Part shown: piece after piece, positions 1 to 13,865 of the stretch
How positions within the stretch are numbered: the stretch's first letter is position 1
How the letters are laid out: each line of letters opens with the position of its first letter
Assembly (NCBI GenBank): GCA_002633005.1
Contig: NMRA01000140.1
Location: forward strand, 773,395 to 837,394
Direction: 5' to 3'
DNA from: Phoronis australis
Lineage: Eukaryota > Animalia > Phoronida
Length of the DNA stretch: 64,000 nt
Position numbers and translations under genes: made by a program
The notes under the pieces: model-generated
Told to the model about the DNA's origin: nothing
The model's database searches: none
The model's input: only the letters and a program-made list of their open reading frames with translations

Positions 1-2733
1 ACCGGTTTTAAGCTACCCAGTGTTCAAGTGCGACTGGTTTCACGAGTTTGCTACATGCTTCATATAATCTTGAAACGTGTAAATTTCATCCACTCTAATT
101 ACGACCAGACAGTGGAATATAAACTTACAGAGAACCTTAAGAATTTTGGTACTACTAACCTCAGTTGTCTATTATGTTTTTCCGTGTTATGATAATTTCA
201 CATTTTTTGTATAAGCATGGGTTGTGCATGTCCCTAATTGGATTTGAAACTCTGTGTTCATTTAACATGCAGGACATATGCAATTTTACGTAGTTTAAAA
301 TATCTTTAAGTATTTCTTACATTCCACTTCACACTTAATTCATTTTACGCGTAAAAGAGATGGGCGTGAGCTGTCTTCAACGTCAGCTGTGGCGTTTTTT
401 ATTGCACGTTTTACCAGAGATTTTTATTTTTTACATATCGTGTTTTATTTCCATCACTATTCTTTGCATTTGTACTCTGTTATAATAAATGGCCTTATAT
501 CGCCAACCTCGGTCTCCTTTTCATCTCTGGTAACGAGCTTGTGACGCACGCTTGCTTACTCGGGACATATGTCGATCATAAAGTTACTTATAATTACTGT
601 CAGCTCATCGTCAGTGATGGTGAAAGATATGAGTTATAGTAACACAGGTTCAGGGCACGAAGTTGTCAACGCTACAGCTGCCAGAAAGATCTGCTGGTAA
701 TGAAAGTCTGAAATGTTTGGAACAAGAGCAAATTAGCGTGTTATCCATTACAGATCAGACAACGAAATCTCCTGCAGTGCCATCTTTGATTCTTTTTGGG
801 AGAAGCGTGTGCTTTGTTTTTAATACGGCGGGTCAGGGCATCGAATGAAGTCCAGATGCTGGTTTCATAAAAAACGACGAGATTTATGTAAAAAAATCCG
901 GCTAAGCTCCACCCAACTATTTTCGGAAAATAAGTTAATCTCTTCCCAACAAAGTATACAAACTCCGGACGAGTATATAACGATACTGGCAGCTCAATCA
1001 AACAAACTTGTACAAATTATTGTTGAACTCCGGTGTTCTAACAATTACGTGCCAAAAAGTTTATTTAGTGTAACAACGATCTACTGTGTATGAGTGGAAG
1101 ACAAAATTTGTACCTGAATTCATTGCCAGTTTAAGCAATTGCGAGAGGATCCCAAGTGAGACTCTGTCCCGGAACTGGGCAAGAGTAGCTAATCAGGGAC
1201 CTCGCGCTTGCGCCAATTACAATAAAAAATGCTACCTTCGTCAAATATATACATTTTGCGTAAATTAAAGTTTCGAAGGTTTTGCAACTCCGTATTTTAA
1301 CAAAACCCAAACTGTAAATTTAAGAATGGTCAAAAATAAAGAAATCCCTGTCGTCTCGGTGAGTGCCTGTTCTACGAAGGCCGCGATTTTCGTGCGCAAG
1401 CTTAAGCTTTGAGCAGCATTACCCCCACTCCTGACCTTACACATATCGAAAATGGCGGCCAGGGACCCAACACAAATAGAGACTTTCCAAATCAAGTTCA
1501 CACCACCTGAAGTCAGTGCTTTCACACTGGCGTAGAAACATTTGTACGTTTGGTATTGTGAGCGCGGGACCCCAAAAAGCGCGAGGCCCGTAAAATATGC
1601 TACTTCTGCTACGTTGCTAATCCGGCACTGCTTGAAACTTGAGAAAACTGTTTCATAAAACACACTCCTGTTCAGAGCAAAAACAGAGCTTTAACATTCG
1701 AAAGGTGTCACTAAAATAGAATCAGCCCAGTACGGAATTGTGTTTTTACCATCACCTTTTTCATATCAATTCGTCGACATTTAACTTTGGCGGCCATTCT
1801 GCAAGCGCAACAACCGGAGATTCAAAAACTAATATTTGAGAATTTTCTTCAAAAGTCAGTTTACTTTAAGGAACATGAAATCATGTTGAAAACGCGTTAT
1901 TTAGAAATGTGTTTTGACTTAGTCGGTTTGCGTTGTCATCTTATAAGCATTTGAAATTATAATATGAAGTGGAAAGAATGTCGTTAAAAAATAACGACAG
2001 GACGGTTCACGACATAAGAATAGACTTTTCAGACCTTGCTACATTAAGATTAGGCTAGGAGAGGTGCTTTACCCTGTGCAGTCTCGCAGGAGATCGAATT
2101 CTGGAGACAGCAAAGCAAGCCCCAGCCAACCAACAAGTCAAGCCTAGTCATAACACAAGCGAGCGTATAAATCTATGTTAGAAAGCAGTGGGCCTGTAAT
2201 TATCTCCACCAGATTAGCTTTATTGCATTGGAAATACAAAAAGAATGGTAATGCGTCGTCTGCAGGTGATCAGGGTGAGTGGGGGTGCAATTTGTAAATG
2301 CAACTTTTAAGTCATGTTAGGCCAAACTTTCCGTTGCCTGTTGGTTGGATTCAGAAGTAAAGAAGCGGATGTACACGTTGACATTAATAGGATGAACAGT
2401 TGTTCTTATTCACTGATCACTGGTTGAGTGAAAAGAACAGTGATTTTGTTCTTGTATGTTACGTTATCATGTGAAAGAAAACGCATGTATCCATTACTAG
2501 TTGGTGTAGCCTGAAAGTTGATTTTCTTGTTTATATCCTGTGATTTGTGCTATGAATTAATCAAAAAAGAGTAACACAATTAACTGGAATGGGTTTCTGT
2601 TAAAAAGAGTCCAGCTTTCAGAAGGTGTGCAACCCGGTGGTGTGAAAAGTATTAAAGGAAGAACAAAATTTCGAAAGTTAATTGTGCGTTTGTTGAAAGA
2701 CTGCAAAATGCGATTCTTACTCATGGGTTGCAA

Positions 2734-4937
2734 TCAACGAATAGCCGGCATATACCACGGTAGTGGAGGCGGGTACGGCGGGTGGCAAGCCATTGACCAC
2801 GGTGGATAGCAAGACGGCTGACATGGTGGATAAACCTCGTTACAGCCACATAGGTTCTGACAAGCGCAGTCGGCATCCCAACAACTCGGATCAGAGGGGC
2901 ATCTTTCATAACCGCAGGGAAATGTATTACAAAACGGACTGAAGCCTGGACCAGCCGGCAGTGTGATATAGTTGGTAAGATTCACTTCGCTCGGGGTTCT
3001 TGTCTGTACGTGCCTGTCATCTTCTACAATAAAAGCACACTAGATTTTAAGGCCATCTTTTATTTTGAGAACTTCCGCAAATTTGCCGCCATCACCGAGC
3101 ACCTAGCCACGTCAATTCTTTGTCAGTATAAGATAGTTTTGTACTAAATAGTACAGTGCTGCCTAATAGTAATCAAACAAAAATTACGGTAATTTTTCTA
3201 ACAGTTCGTCTAATCTAATAGTTCGTACACCCTAATCTATACCCGTACACGGTCTCCCGATATGTCACTCAGGTGGTGAATTTTGCTTGCACTCAGCCGC
3301 CATCATGACTGAGAATGTCAGTCATACTGTCTCATCATTTTAGGCTAGTACTGTGAGTTGGCATTGTCAAAATCGGCGAATCACGTTGTGAAATTCGAGA
3401 TACGTGTGCGTTCTGTAGTTAAGACATTCGTCACAGGACGTTATTGTCGTACTAGCCTAAAGGGAGATACTCTGGTCCCTATAGCAATTTGTAAATTGCA
3501 TGTTTCCACCTTTATGAATTAAGCTTAAAATACTCAAAATTAAACTGATATAAACTGTATGATGGTTTATTATCCCTCTGAACTCAGTGCCCGACCAGCA
3601 TGTATTTCATTGAGGCATTCACTGGCCCGAATATTGGCAGGCAAATACACGCATGACGTTGAGCCCAGCGGCCTCACTCTTTCCTGCTACTAAACCAGGG
3701 TAGTGTTTAGTAGTTGTCTCGCGGTAGGGAAAATCGAACCAAAATCACATGCTCTCATTGAAAACACACGGCAATATCTCGCGTAATCTCGCGAGGTCTT
3801 GATTTTCTAGCGAGGTCTATCGCGATATCCATGTCGCTGCAGATATTGTACATTATTTATCACTTCCGTTGACTGCATTGTGGTAGAATTTACATATCTC
3901 GTGGCTAGTTAGATGGCATTGTACAGTTACACTGTAGCTGAGAGCAATTTACACTATTGAGAAATCAAATATTTGGGGTTGGCCAAAGTTTTGAGGTAGG
4001 CGTTGCTAGTAGGTTCAGTGGACATGGTTTGCTTGTTTTGTGAAGTTGTTGGAAATGAGAAAAAACGACTAATTCGATTTTAGATACTCCTTTCTTCAAA
4101 ATGGCGGCCCCTTGCAACACTGTTGCATTTCTGCGCAACGGCTGTGAAATTAACTGCGATTCAGGTAATTCAGAATTACAAAAATCTAGTTAAATGGTAG
4201 CTCTTTTAAGTCACATTTTAGAAACCTGTAGAAAATTTGCTTACAGTGTTGTCTTATGTCTGGTATTGACAGGAAGGTGGTAGTTCTGAGCCAATTTTGC
4301 GTCTTGGGAACTTTTTTTCAGAGTCTCGCTTTCTATTATTTCTGGCCAAAAAGGCGAGACAGAATAAAGTTCATGTGGTAATATTTAGCGGGTTTTGATA
4401 TGGAACGACTCCTACGCTTTCAATTTGTTCATAGAGTTTTCGACAGAGTGGAAGAAAGACAAAAGACTAGTGACGTATGCCAGACAAAGACCAACTGTAC
4501 ATTGCCTCCTAAATTATGCGATGTTCTTGTTCTCAGGTCAGACGCCCGGTAAACTTACTGGAAAAATTGAGAGAGACCTTGCGTAAAGCTCCATGTTTTG
4601 TCCAGTATCTGCTCGACCGGTACAGACGCGGACCTTGTGGAACTGTGTAAGCAAATTGTCTTTTTACGCGCATGCATGCTCGCCCGAACGTTGTCTGCTG
4701 AGAGGCAATTGGATCAATTCCGCGGTTAAAAAAAGTTCGACGCTTGACAGGCTGCTTTGATTTTCCTTCCAACATAGTCTTTTTAATCCATTGCAGTGAC
4801 TTATTTTGATGTTTTCCATTTTCGCCACGTTTTTTATGACAATTATCGTCTTGCAGCGTGTTTCTCTTTCTTTCGTTGTGCTCACTTTTGCTTTTGGGTT
4901 TATTTGTTGACTTGTTTTTTCTTGCTTTTCTTGACAT
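2734..4937 (-). CDS. Two-exon orphan protein (exons 4937-4559, 3023-2734; 222 aa): Lys/Arg-rich N-terminus, Cys/Pro/Tyr-rich C-terminus
   Basis: ATG at 4937 (MSRKARKNK...). Donor CCA|GTAAGT after 4559 is phase 1 (379 nt). Acceptor TTTATTGTAG| before 3023 is phase 1 and reads in frame into ...EVNLTNYITLPAGPGFSPFCNTFPCGYERCP...PPYPPPLPWYMPAIR*. Total 669 nt = 223 codons. Confidence 0.6.
3698..3820 (+). mobile_element. MITE family A, degenerate copy 1 (intron of the 2-exon orphan)
   Basis: AAAATCACATGCTCTCATTGAAAACACACGGCAATATCTCGCGTAATCTCGC core shared with the other copies. Confidence 0.55.
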
Positions 4938-6040
4938 CGTGTTTATTTTGAAGAGGTCCGAGTGACAGCCGTGTCACCTCAAGGGCTATTTCCTTTTAAA
5001 ACACTTCAGTATAAATGCATGTAATTCAATGTTTTTCAGTAAAGTTGAAATTATGAAGTTACATTTCCGGAACAGTATTTAATTAGTTTTAAGATTAGTG
5101 CAGTGTTTGTGTACCTTTGTTTATAGGTCAATACCAATTCGTGAAAAAAGTTGTTACGTGGTGCAATTATTTCGTCACAGATAACTGCTAAAATCACCAA
5201 AAGTTAATGAAATGGTATTACACTATTTTGAACTTGTTTTTTCAGTAAGTATAGCTGAATTCTTGCTTTTAGACGATACGGTAACAGTGCTGAAAGATGG
5301 TGTTTGGATGTCAACAAGGCATACAGACAATTTCATATCTTATTATAAATTGCCTCCTTACCAACGCTGCTGCTGGATCGTTCGAGATTTATGAACACGT
5401 CACACCAACTTTGTGTACTTTTTCTTCATATTTATGATCAGTGGCACATTTGGGGGGGCAAGGGGGCCATGGCCCCCCTAAAATTCTACCAGATACCTCT
5501 TGGCAGTTCGGGTGCGAAATGCTGACTAGCACATGCGCGCAAGCAGGGGGGCTCGGGGGTGAATAAACAATGCATAGGCCCTGAACACAACCCCGTTTAC
5601 CGTTTTTATTTTTTAGTCAAAAGGTCCGAAAACCCAAAAATTTCGAGGCCCCTGCATCCCTACATTTTAGGCTGGACGCACGCATCTACCGAAATTCTGG
5701 TTATTCCTGTTCCCCCCAACTCAAAATCCTGGATCCGCCCCTGTTAATCTATCAAAACCGACGTTGATAATGATGCGTGTCCTGTCTGTCAACAAATGTA
5801 AACTGCTAGAAAATTATTGCGGATCTGTCAAGTTCCTGAGTTTATCAGTGGTCTACTTTTGCATGGAAATCTAAAAAAAATCTCCCTGCCTCTCCCTGTT
5901 TCACTTAGAGGGGCATTATTTCGACGTGGCAGTGATATTAATGAACAAAATTAGCTGAAGGATAAAAAAGCGTTGAGCAGGTGATTACTGTTCAGCTTAA
6001 TTGTTCCGTTTAATATGAGATGTTCATCCTTAGAAATTGG

Positions 6041-6928
6041 TTATTTTAGAAAACCACGTCTGCTAGTACACGAATCCCAATGCCGTCGTAATAATTGTCC
6101 CTTACCTTTTTTCTTGACATCGCCGTACATCCGCTTTGCCTTTGTGGGAACGCGTTTGCTTAACCGATGACTTCCTCGAATACCGAACGAATAGTGTCTG
6201 TCAGACCTGTACGGTCTCAAACTTCGCAACACCTCTGATATATTGAGAATTCTCCTCAGCTTTCCAACTGTTGGATTATCCACGATAAACCGTCGTTTAG
6301 GGGCCAGGCCTTTGCTGACGTGTACCTGAAGTTCACGGCGTCGGAAAAGATTGACTTCCGGTAACATTATTGTTTCAATTTTGTCACCGGCATTGTCCGT
6401 GGTTTCTACTCGTGGCTTTTTTGACTCTTTCTTCTTAATCTTCCTGTCTTTCTTTGCCTTCTTCTTGGAAAGTTTCTTTTTCTTTTCTTTACTGCTGTTT
6501 CCTGACAAGATACTTATTAAGCCAGATTTTTTCTTTGTCTGCTTTCTTGAACTCCTACTTCGTGGTTTGTCAAGTTTTCCACCCTTCTTATTTGAGTGTT
6601 GCACGCTCGCGCTTTTCTTAGTACTCTTGCTACTTCCTTTTCGCTTTGCACGGTGCCCACTTCCGACTTTCTTTACATTCTGACGACTAGTGCTACTACT
6701 ACTGCTGCTGCCACTTTTCCGATTTTTCTTTTTCTTTTTATTGTTCACCTTTTCCTTCCCCCTTTCTTTAAGGTGGATTGATTTCTTACCTTTTGACTTT
6801 GATTTCTTCTTGTTTTTCTTCTTTTCCTTCGCTTTCTTTGATGACCTGTTAAAAGAAGAAGAGCTTCTCCATTGGTCACTCGATGACGTGGATACCGTGG
6901 AGTGTGAGCGCGAGCGAGATCCCGCCAT
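6041..6928 (-). CDS. Intronless, highly basic Lys/Ser/Arg-rich protein (295 aa), protamine-like/sperm-nuclear-basic-protein-like composition
   Basis: 888-nt ORF with good start context (CAACATGG). N-terminal SRSRS, poly-Ser and poly-Lys tracts; strong purine strand bias; no recognisable globular H1 domain. Confidence 0.7.
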   Translation of the reverse strand: MAGSRSRSHSTVSTSSSDQWRSSSSFNRSSKKAKEKKKNKKKSKSKGKKSIHLKERGKEKVNNKKKKKNRKSGSSSSSSTSRQNVKKVGSGHRAKRKGSSKSTKKSASVQHSNKKGGKLDKPRSRSSRKQTKKKSGLISILSGNSSKEKKKKLSKKKAKKDRKIKKKESKKPRVETTDNAGDKIETIMLPEVNLFRRRELQVHVSKGLAPKRRFIVDNPTVGKLRRILNISEVLRSLRPYRSDRHYSFGIRGSHRLSKRVPTKAKRMYGDVKKKGKGQLLRRHWDSCTSRRGFLK

Positions 6929-9900
6929 GTTGTATGTCGCGAGTTAAAGAAGTTGTTTATAAACTACAGAAACATTATTTGTTTAAGAGCGAAACTATGA
7001 CAATAGTTTTAGTTCTTGTCAGTAAGTTAAAAAGTACAGACGACCTGTTAGCTAAACTTTGGAGTAGTTTTGATTTGAAGGCATAGCTTTGACAAAGCGT
7101 TCCGTATTATGATTGCCATCGTTGAAAAAGTATGTTAACGTGCACAGTGATTTTAAGAACAACAGTTTGACGCGTGTCATTGTTTACGTGAAAATTACTA
7201 GCGGCATGCATGTAGATGCAGAATACCACTAAGCATCTCCGCTGATTACACGAATCCACGGTACGAATTGGACATGCTTAGCGCGAAAGCGTGGTATAGA
7301 ACTAGGTAAAAAGAACAAGTCGATGTTTACATTGCATTCTATAGGGTCCCGACAGTAAAATCTTCATTTCTCGTAAAGCAATGAGTAAATGGCCAAAAGA
7401 GAGCTTGATACTAGTTGATGCCATCAATACATGAATATTGCGGAGTTATTGGACACAGGAACTTCTTGGAGTTTGTATTTATCCCCGGGTCTCGGCTTCG
7501 ATATTTAGGCCATGGCGGGGTGATCGGCAACATTATTAATTTCAAATTAACGAATTGATACTAACATCATCGCATTTGTTTTTGGCCAAAATTTGAGTAC
7601 AAACTTTAAAATCAGCGTACGAACATAATCGCCATTTTGAATGTCCTCCAAAATTGGGCGTACGTAGTTGTCAAGAGATAATACTGAATATTTTGGAAAT
7701 AATTGCAACCTTCTGATAGTCTTGTTCATGTCCCAAAAATGTCGGTTTTAGCAGGCCTTGCTCTCCGTTTGACTTACATGGGAAACGCACGTAAATCTCA
7801 ATGCTTACTATAAATTTTCAAGATGGTGATCGAAACCGTGGACTGGTGCATTTTGAGAGCTCGCTTATGAATTGGCCTCCTGTGCTAAATTTTAGCCTCG
7901 CACCTGTGAGTGAGCTGCTAGTTTTTGCATGTAGTCAAAGAAACAAACAGACTGAGACCATTTTTCTCTTATCCAGATCGAACTACCAGACAAAGATAGT
8001 GATGAACGCAGGTGTTACATCTACTCATGCTAATTTTGAAATCATATGATCAATTGATGCCACAATACACACTACCCGTCTCCCTGTTTTACCATCCTCA
8101 GGTCCGTAGCCAGGGGGGATCGGGGAGTTCATCGAACCCCCCCTCCGAGGAAAAGGTCCAGCCCTAGCCTATCCGATAGGATAAGATAGGATTTACCAGA
8201 TGGACAAAAAATTGTTGTAACTACAAGTTCTACTAACCACAATCATAACCAAGTTAATATTAATTTTGAATTTACTTCTGATGTGAAGCGCTTCACATAA
8301 GCATCGAGTCGTATCCGGCCCTTGTGATGACTGCGTACATGACGATTAGAGGACGCTTAATGTTATTCTTCGGCATTGAAAGCGATAGGTCTCTACACCA
8401 TAGGGTAACAAGGAAGTATAGAAGTAAATGTCTATGTCTAGCTCAAAGTTTATAGCATCGAGCGTGTGAATGCCTAACCCATTCGACCCTGAGCGCCAAA
8501 TAGTATAAACAGCTTAGTGGCCTGTCTGAGCTGTGGAATGTCTATCCCCTTGAAGTCGGGGAGGGGGGGGGATTTCACTCAGAACTAGATCAGAAGCGCT
8601 GCACATAATTAAAACCTCATTACCTAGTCATTAGGAAACTTATACTTACTAAATTTTCAGCAGTATATCTTGAGTAAATGAGCTTCGTGTCGATATAAAT
8701 TTTATCCAAGTTTAATACTGATAAAGGGTTGAACAAGCAGTTTTACTTAAAGACGTTTGTTTACAAATAATCCATTTAAATTTCCAAAAAAACATGTCAG
8801 GAGAGTTTTCAGTGTGGCATATTCTCATAATAATCTAGATCACTGAAATCTATATCTATGAAATCTGACCACTCAGTGCCATCAGTATTCCATACTTTCA
8901 TATTTCACTGAAGTCTACATCTGAATATGTGACCAGCGTCATCAGTATCCACGATAAAAACTTCAAGAGCTGTGAGAGCAGCAGAGATGATATCCGTGTA
9001 ATACCAAAGATACTATATAAAATCTTTGGTAATACCAAGGCAGTATTTCATGTGAACACAGTGTTAGTGACAGAGTAGAATGTTCCCAGTAACTGGACGT
9101 ATCTGGACAGTTGCAACAAAATAAACAGGGGCACCCTAGCAGATGATTAAATGGTGACAGCAGTGTTATGTAATACCAATTAGGCTACAATTCAGAGCAA
9201 TTAGCTTCAATCTAGTCTTCAAATCAAACAAACTTACTATATTTCTTGGAGAACATCTCTATAACCTTTCAAAAGTTACTACAACAACCACTAGAAAGTT
9301 AACACGCTTCTTGGTTTTTCCTGGAATTGATAATTAGCTTGTGAAGAAATGGTTCTAAAGTCCAGAAATAACAGCCAATAGAGATTAAGTTCACAACCAA
9401 TAAGTTAATACAGAGTCTGGTGTCTCAATTCTCATTGGATAGAAAACTGGGAATGCCCCAGATATATGTAAATTTAAACCAATAAATTGCTGCCTTCTAT
9501 CCCTCCTGAAGGCGTGATCCGTCTGGGAGATACATTGTTTAGATAACGCCTCCAGACTGCATCAGGCCCTGAGTGAAGACATACAGTCACGCCGTATGGC
9601 GGATCAGGGAGGAAAGAGTTTCTAATCGACCAAGAAACAAAAGAGCAGAAACTGGGTTTGTTATTTGCTGCTACTTTGGTGTACTTTCTAGCATAGTTTA
9701 CATTAATTGCAGGCATTTTGAAATTTCGAATTTAAAGTGATCGCCAAATATCTTGATCGTCAAGTGTCCACTTTGATTGTGGTTTGGTGGATTGACATTC
9801 ATGCGTGTACACGTGTGTGAGTTTCCGTTCTTTTAAATTCAGTACACGCCTCCGGTATGTTCACTGACTACTCTGTCGTTTCTCAAAAATCAGACATTTT

Positions 9901-10075
9901 CTTGCACTCAAAAATCCCCGCATGTTCACATTATTAGGTAAGTCTAGACCTAATTAAAACCTTGGTCAATGAAGAGTTTTCTCTTGTCAATCAATGTCAA
10001 CGGTGCACAGCTTCGCAGATTTCATACGAGCAACAATTTTGATGGAAAAGATTTCCAAGGTTATATGTACTTGAC

Positions 10076-10903
10076 CGAGGGTTCATTGCTCCGAAGGTTC
10101 GCTACCTTCGAAAGTTCACCACTTCGAATGTCTACAATTCCAAAACCAGAACTCCTGATTTTCTACTAATGATTCAGAATTAAAAATGAATAAGGTATTA
10201 TACTGGTCTCCATTTAGTAACCATTTAAAGGGTGTGCAAGAGTTGAATAGTCTGGAAAAGTTTGATTTACATTGTTTACAAAAGAGCGCAGTACGGTCCC
10301 AATCACTGGCAATCTTGATTCTTGAATCTAACTAAAGACTCATTCTCAATTAGTGACAATATATGATGCACGGGTCCGGCGACCAAAGGCGGTTTTAAAT
10401 TTTATAAGACTGAATGAGACTTCGTGAAGACTGGCAGGGACAGGGTAGCTTACTAGCTACATTTAGTTTTGACCCGGCCGTGCGAGTAGTTCCGGTGGGT
10501 GAGGTTGAAGCGCAGCGGCCCTAAACTTTTCTGTCGCACTGTGAAATGATGCGATCTTGACATGAGATTGATGAATGTATGGTGGTCAATAATTCATCAA
10601 CATTCCTACTTCATATTCTTTTATAAATGAAAAACGTACTCATTTTTCCGTATTCGTAATACATGCGGGCAATTTCACATGCACCTGGAATCCAAACAAG
10701 GTGATTTATTAGCCGGGTGTATTGTTGTCGGTATAGTTGCATCTAATAACCGAAGTGTCGCTTATTTTTGCGTGTAAAAGTACAGCAATTACACCTGATT
10801 CAGAAATTTTAGACATTTTCGGAGAAGTAAACCTTCGGAGTGGTGAACCTTCGAAGTAGTGAACCTTCGGAATAGTGAACCGGCGGAATAGTGGGCTGTT
10901 CCC
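10076..10903. mobile_element. Non-autonomous DNA-transposon-like element with subterminal 16-bp repeats in inverted orientation at the two ends
   Basis: CCTTCGGAGTGGTGAA-type units tandem at 10832-10893; reverse-complement units at 10076-10128. Confidence 0.5.
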
Positions 10904-12349
10904 ATTTCAAGCGATGTAAGCAACTTTTAACAAAAATACTTTGAGATGTAAATCCACCAATTGTTTCGATGCGCTTGGTCGTTTATCTCCAATCGTACCC
11001 ACTCCAATGTTTGTCGTTTTTAGCTTTTAAGTTCATCGATTTTTGAATATCGAAAACCTTACTTGGTTGTTTTTTACAGCTGAATACCGCCGTGGTATTC
11101 GTTTTTAACAAAAAATATTTATCACTGCATTTTGAAAATTCGCCATTATGTACAGGAATCGATGCTTACGACAATTTAGGGTTGGGTAATTACACTTAAT
11201 TGGGTCTTGCTCGTGCAGGACAATGCAGTCAACACAACCGTATCCGACACGGGCCCCGCACTCTCTTCGATTCTGGTGAAAGCCGCTCAGATGGAAGTGC
11301 GATGATTGTAAGCGTATTATTCACGGTATGGCGAGAACGTTAGGCTATATTTATGATCACATTACCACGCGCGAATTTGATTCCTGTTGTTTGTGAGCAA
11401 CCGTCCCGACATCCTCATTACTGGTATTATACATTCCGTCTTATCTCTGGAACATGTTGGAGCCACCGTTTTCGTGGATACAGATTTCCCTTCCCCATAA
11501 TTAAATTGCGTCAAGCGCCTTACCAAGAACTCGAGTGTTGACGTTAGCAAAGGGTCCACCTTTCTAAAAATTTGAACCACACCCCGCCCATTGATGGCTA
11601 CGGGCCTGACCCTTCATCTCCTTCCCCCCTCCTCCCTCCTTTTCTGTCTTCGTCTCCAAATGCTTTCCATACTCTTCTTTCTATTCGTCTCGTTTCCCCT
11701 CCCCGTCATTCCCTGTTTCCCATCTCCACCCCCGCCTGCCAGCCATTCACATGCCTTTCTTTTAGTCCCGACGTCCTCTAGCCATACAAACGTTGCTTAC
11801 ACATGATGGCCACAATAAGCCTATGGTTATATACTGTAACACTTTTTAGTCATCGACCGGATCGATATTGGCTCACGCTCTTATTCATGATCATTACAAA
11901 ATCATAACACACAACAGCTCCCTTCAAGTGATCTACCACATAGTCTTCATTGCAGATCAATATTTTGGGAAATTCTATTGTTGGCTTCNCACAGCCTATG
12001 GTTATATACTGTAACACTTTTCAGTCATCGACCGGATCGATATTGGCTCACGCTCTTATTCATGATCATTACAAAATCATAACACACAACAGCTCCCTTC
12101 AAAGGTAATCAATCAAACGTTATCAATGTCTCTGAGAGCCCTTGCCCATGCAAAACGTACACCTCGGTACTCTGTTTACTGTGCTACAGGTGATCTACCA
12201 CAGTCTTCATTGCAGATCAATATTTTGGGAAATTCTATTGTTGGCTTCATTATTCACATTTCAAATTTAACGAGTCACGTCAAATCTAAACGTGAATGAA
12301 CCAAACAAGTTTCTCTTACATACATGTAAGCACCGACAACACTATTTTA

Positions 12350-13865
12350 TCATGTGACATCTAAGCAGTTTTGCCTTTACACTTGCGCAGTTCGAATTTA
12401 AAATCATTTACAACAATAACGCAAATAACGTGACAAATACCAAGTCTAGTGAAAATTTAAGAAAATAGTAGATATTTTCCTAACATAAACTGTAATCATG
12501 AATCAACTAAGCGTTAGTGATAAAAATGTCACAGGGTGGCGCATGTGCGCCGGAAAGTCCTTCAGTAAATACAGCCACACGCGGTCTGTTATGATCTTTA
12601 TAGTTACTTGTGGAGTCGGATCGATTGAGAAGCAGAAACAATAGTAGTACAATAACGAATCGATTAGCCAGGCATTTGAATTTCGAAGTGATTAAACCGG
12701 TCTGGCCGGAAACACTTGAGAGCAGACGCGATAGTGCAAGCAAAAGCTACGTATTGTAAACTGAAGTGCTGGTATACCTGAATCGACAGAAGCAAGTTGT
12801 TGGAAAACGTTCCACCAAGAAAGTTTCAGAAATACAGGCAAACAATCCAGTTTGGGAGGTTTGTTAATTATTACTCTAAATATGTCAACTTATTGATAAG
12901 CTAACAGCATTTTCGGTAGGCGCTAGAGTGAGAATCAAGTTGAGGTTGCTCAATTTTAGAAATCGGTAATGTCAAATACCATTGTAAATGAGGTGGCGTC
13001 TGTTACTATGTTTTTTGTATAATTTGAACTAAATAAACTCCCTTGCATACTTGCACATAACTGTCTTAGTTTGTAAGCCTGCTCAAAGGGTTTTCAAGTA
13101 TTCTCNTATCAAGTGACATGTAAGCAGTTTTGCCTTTACACATGCGCAGTTAGAATTTAAAATCATTTACAACAATAACGCAAATAACGTGACAAATACC
13201 AAGTCTAGTGAACATTTAAGAAAATAGTAGATATTTTCCTAACATAAACTGTAATCATTAATCAACTACACGTTAGTGGTAAAAATGTCACAGGGTGGCG
13301 CATGTGCGCCGGAAAGTCCTTCAGTAAATACAGCCACACGCGGTCTGTTATGATCTTTATAGTTACTTGTGGAGTCGGATCGATTGAGAAGCAGAAACAA
13401 TAGTAGTACAATAACGAATTGATTAGCCAGGCATTTGAATTTCGAAGTGATTAAACCGGTCTGGCCGGAAACACTTGAGAGCAGACGCGATAGTGCAAGC
13501 AAAAGCTACGTATTGTAAACTGAAGTGCTGGTATACCTGAATCGACAGAAGCAAGTTGTTGGAAAACGTTCCACCAAGAAAGTTTCAGAAATACAGGCAA
13601 ACAATCCAGTTTGGGAGGTTTGTTAATTATTACTCTAAATATGTCAACTTATTGATAAGCTAACAGCATTTTCGGTAGGCGCTAGAGTGAGAATCAAGTT
13701 GAGGTTGCTCAATTTTAGAAATCGGTAATGTCAAATACCATTGTAAATGAGGTGGCGTCTGTTACTATGTTTTTTGTATAATTTGAACTAAATAAACTCC
13801 CTTGCATACTTGCACATAACTGTCTTAGTTTGTAAGCCTGCTCAAAGGGTTTTCAAGTATTCTCC
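12350..13865. repeat. ~760-bp near-identical tandem duplicate around N at 13106 (probable uncollapsed haplotypes)
   Basis: 12350-13105 is nearly identical to 13113-13865, with a single N at the junction. Confidence 0.8.

Noticed and set aside
6351-6947. Phe/Leu-rich membrane-like ORFs on the + strand
   Set aside because: Antisense shadows of the Lys-rich gene.
10832-10893. Short regular repeats as a CRISPR array
   Set aside because: Contiguous 16-bp units without unique spacers, no cas genes, eukaryotic context.
11280-11580. Coding-like minus-strand fragment (RRLTQFNYGEGKSVSTKTVAP...)
   Set aside because: Interrupted by stops and no family recognised; possibly a decayed mobile element.
12507-13502. 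Duplicated 78-aa ORFs as a gene pair
   Set aside because: No ATG start, no recognisable motif, and they lie in a probable assembly duplicate.
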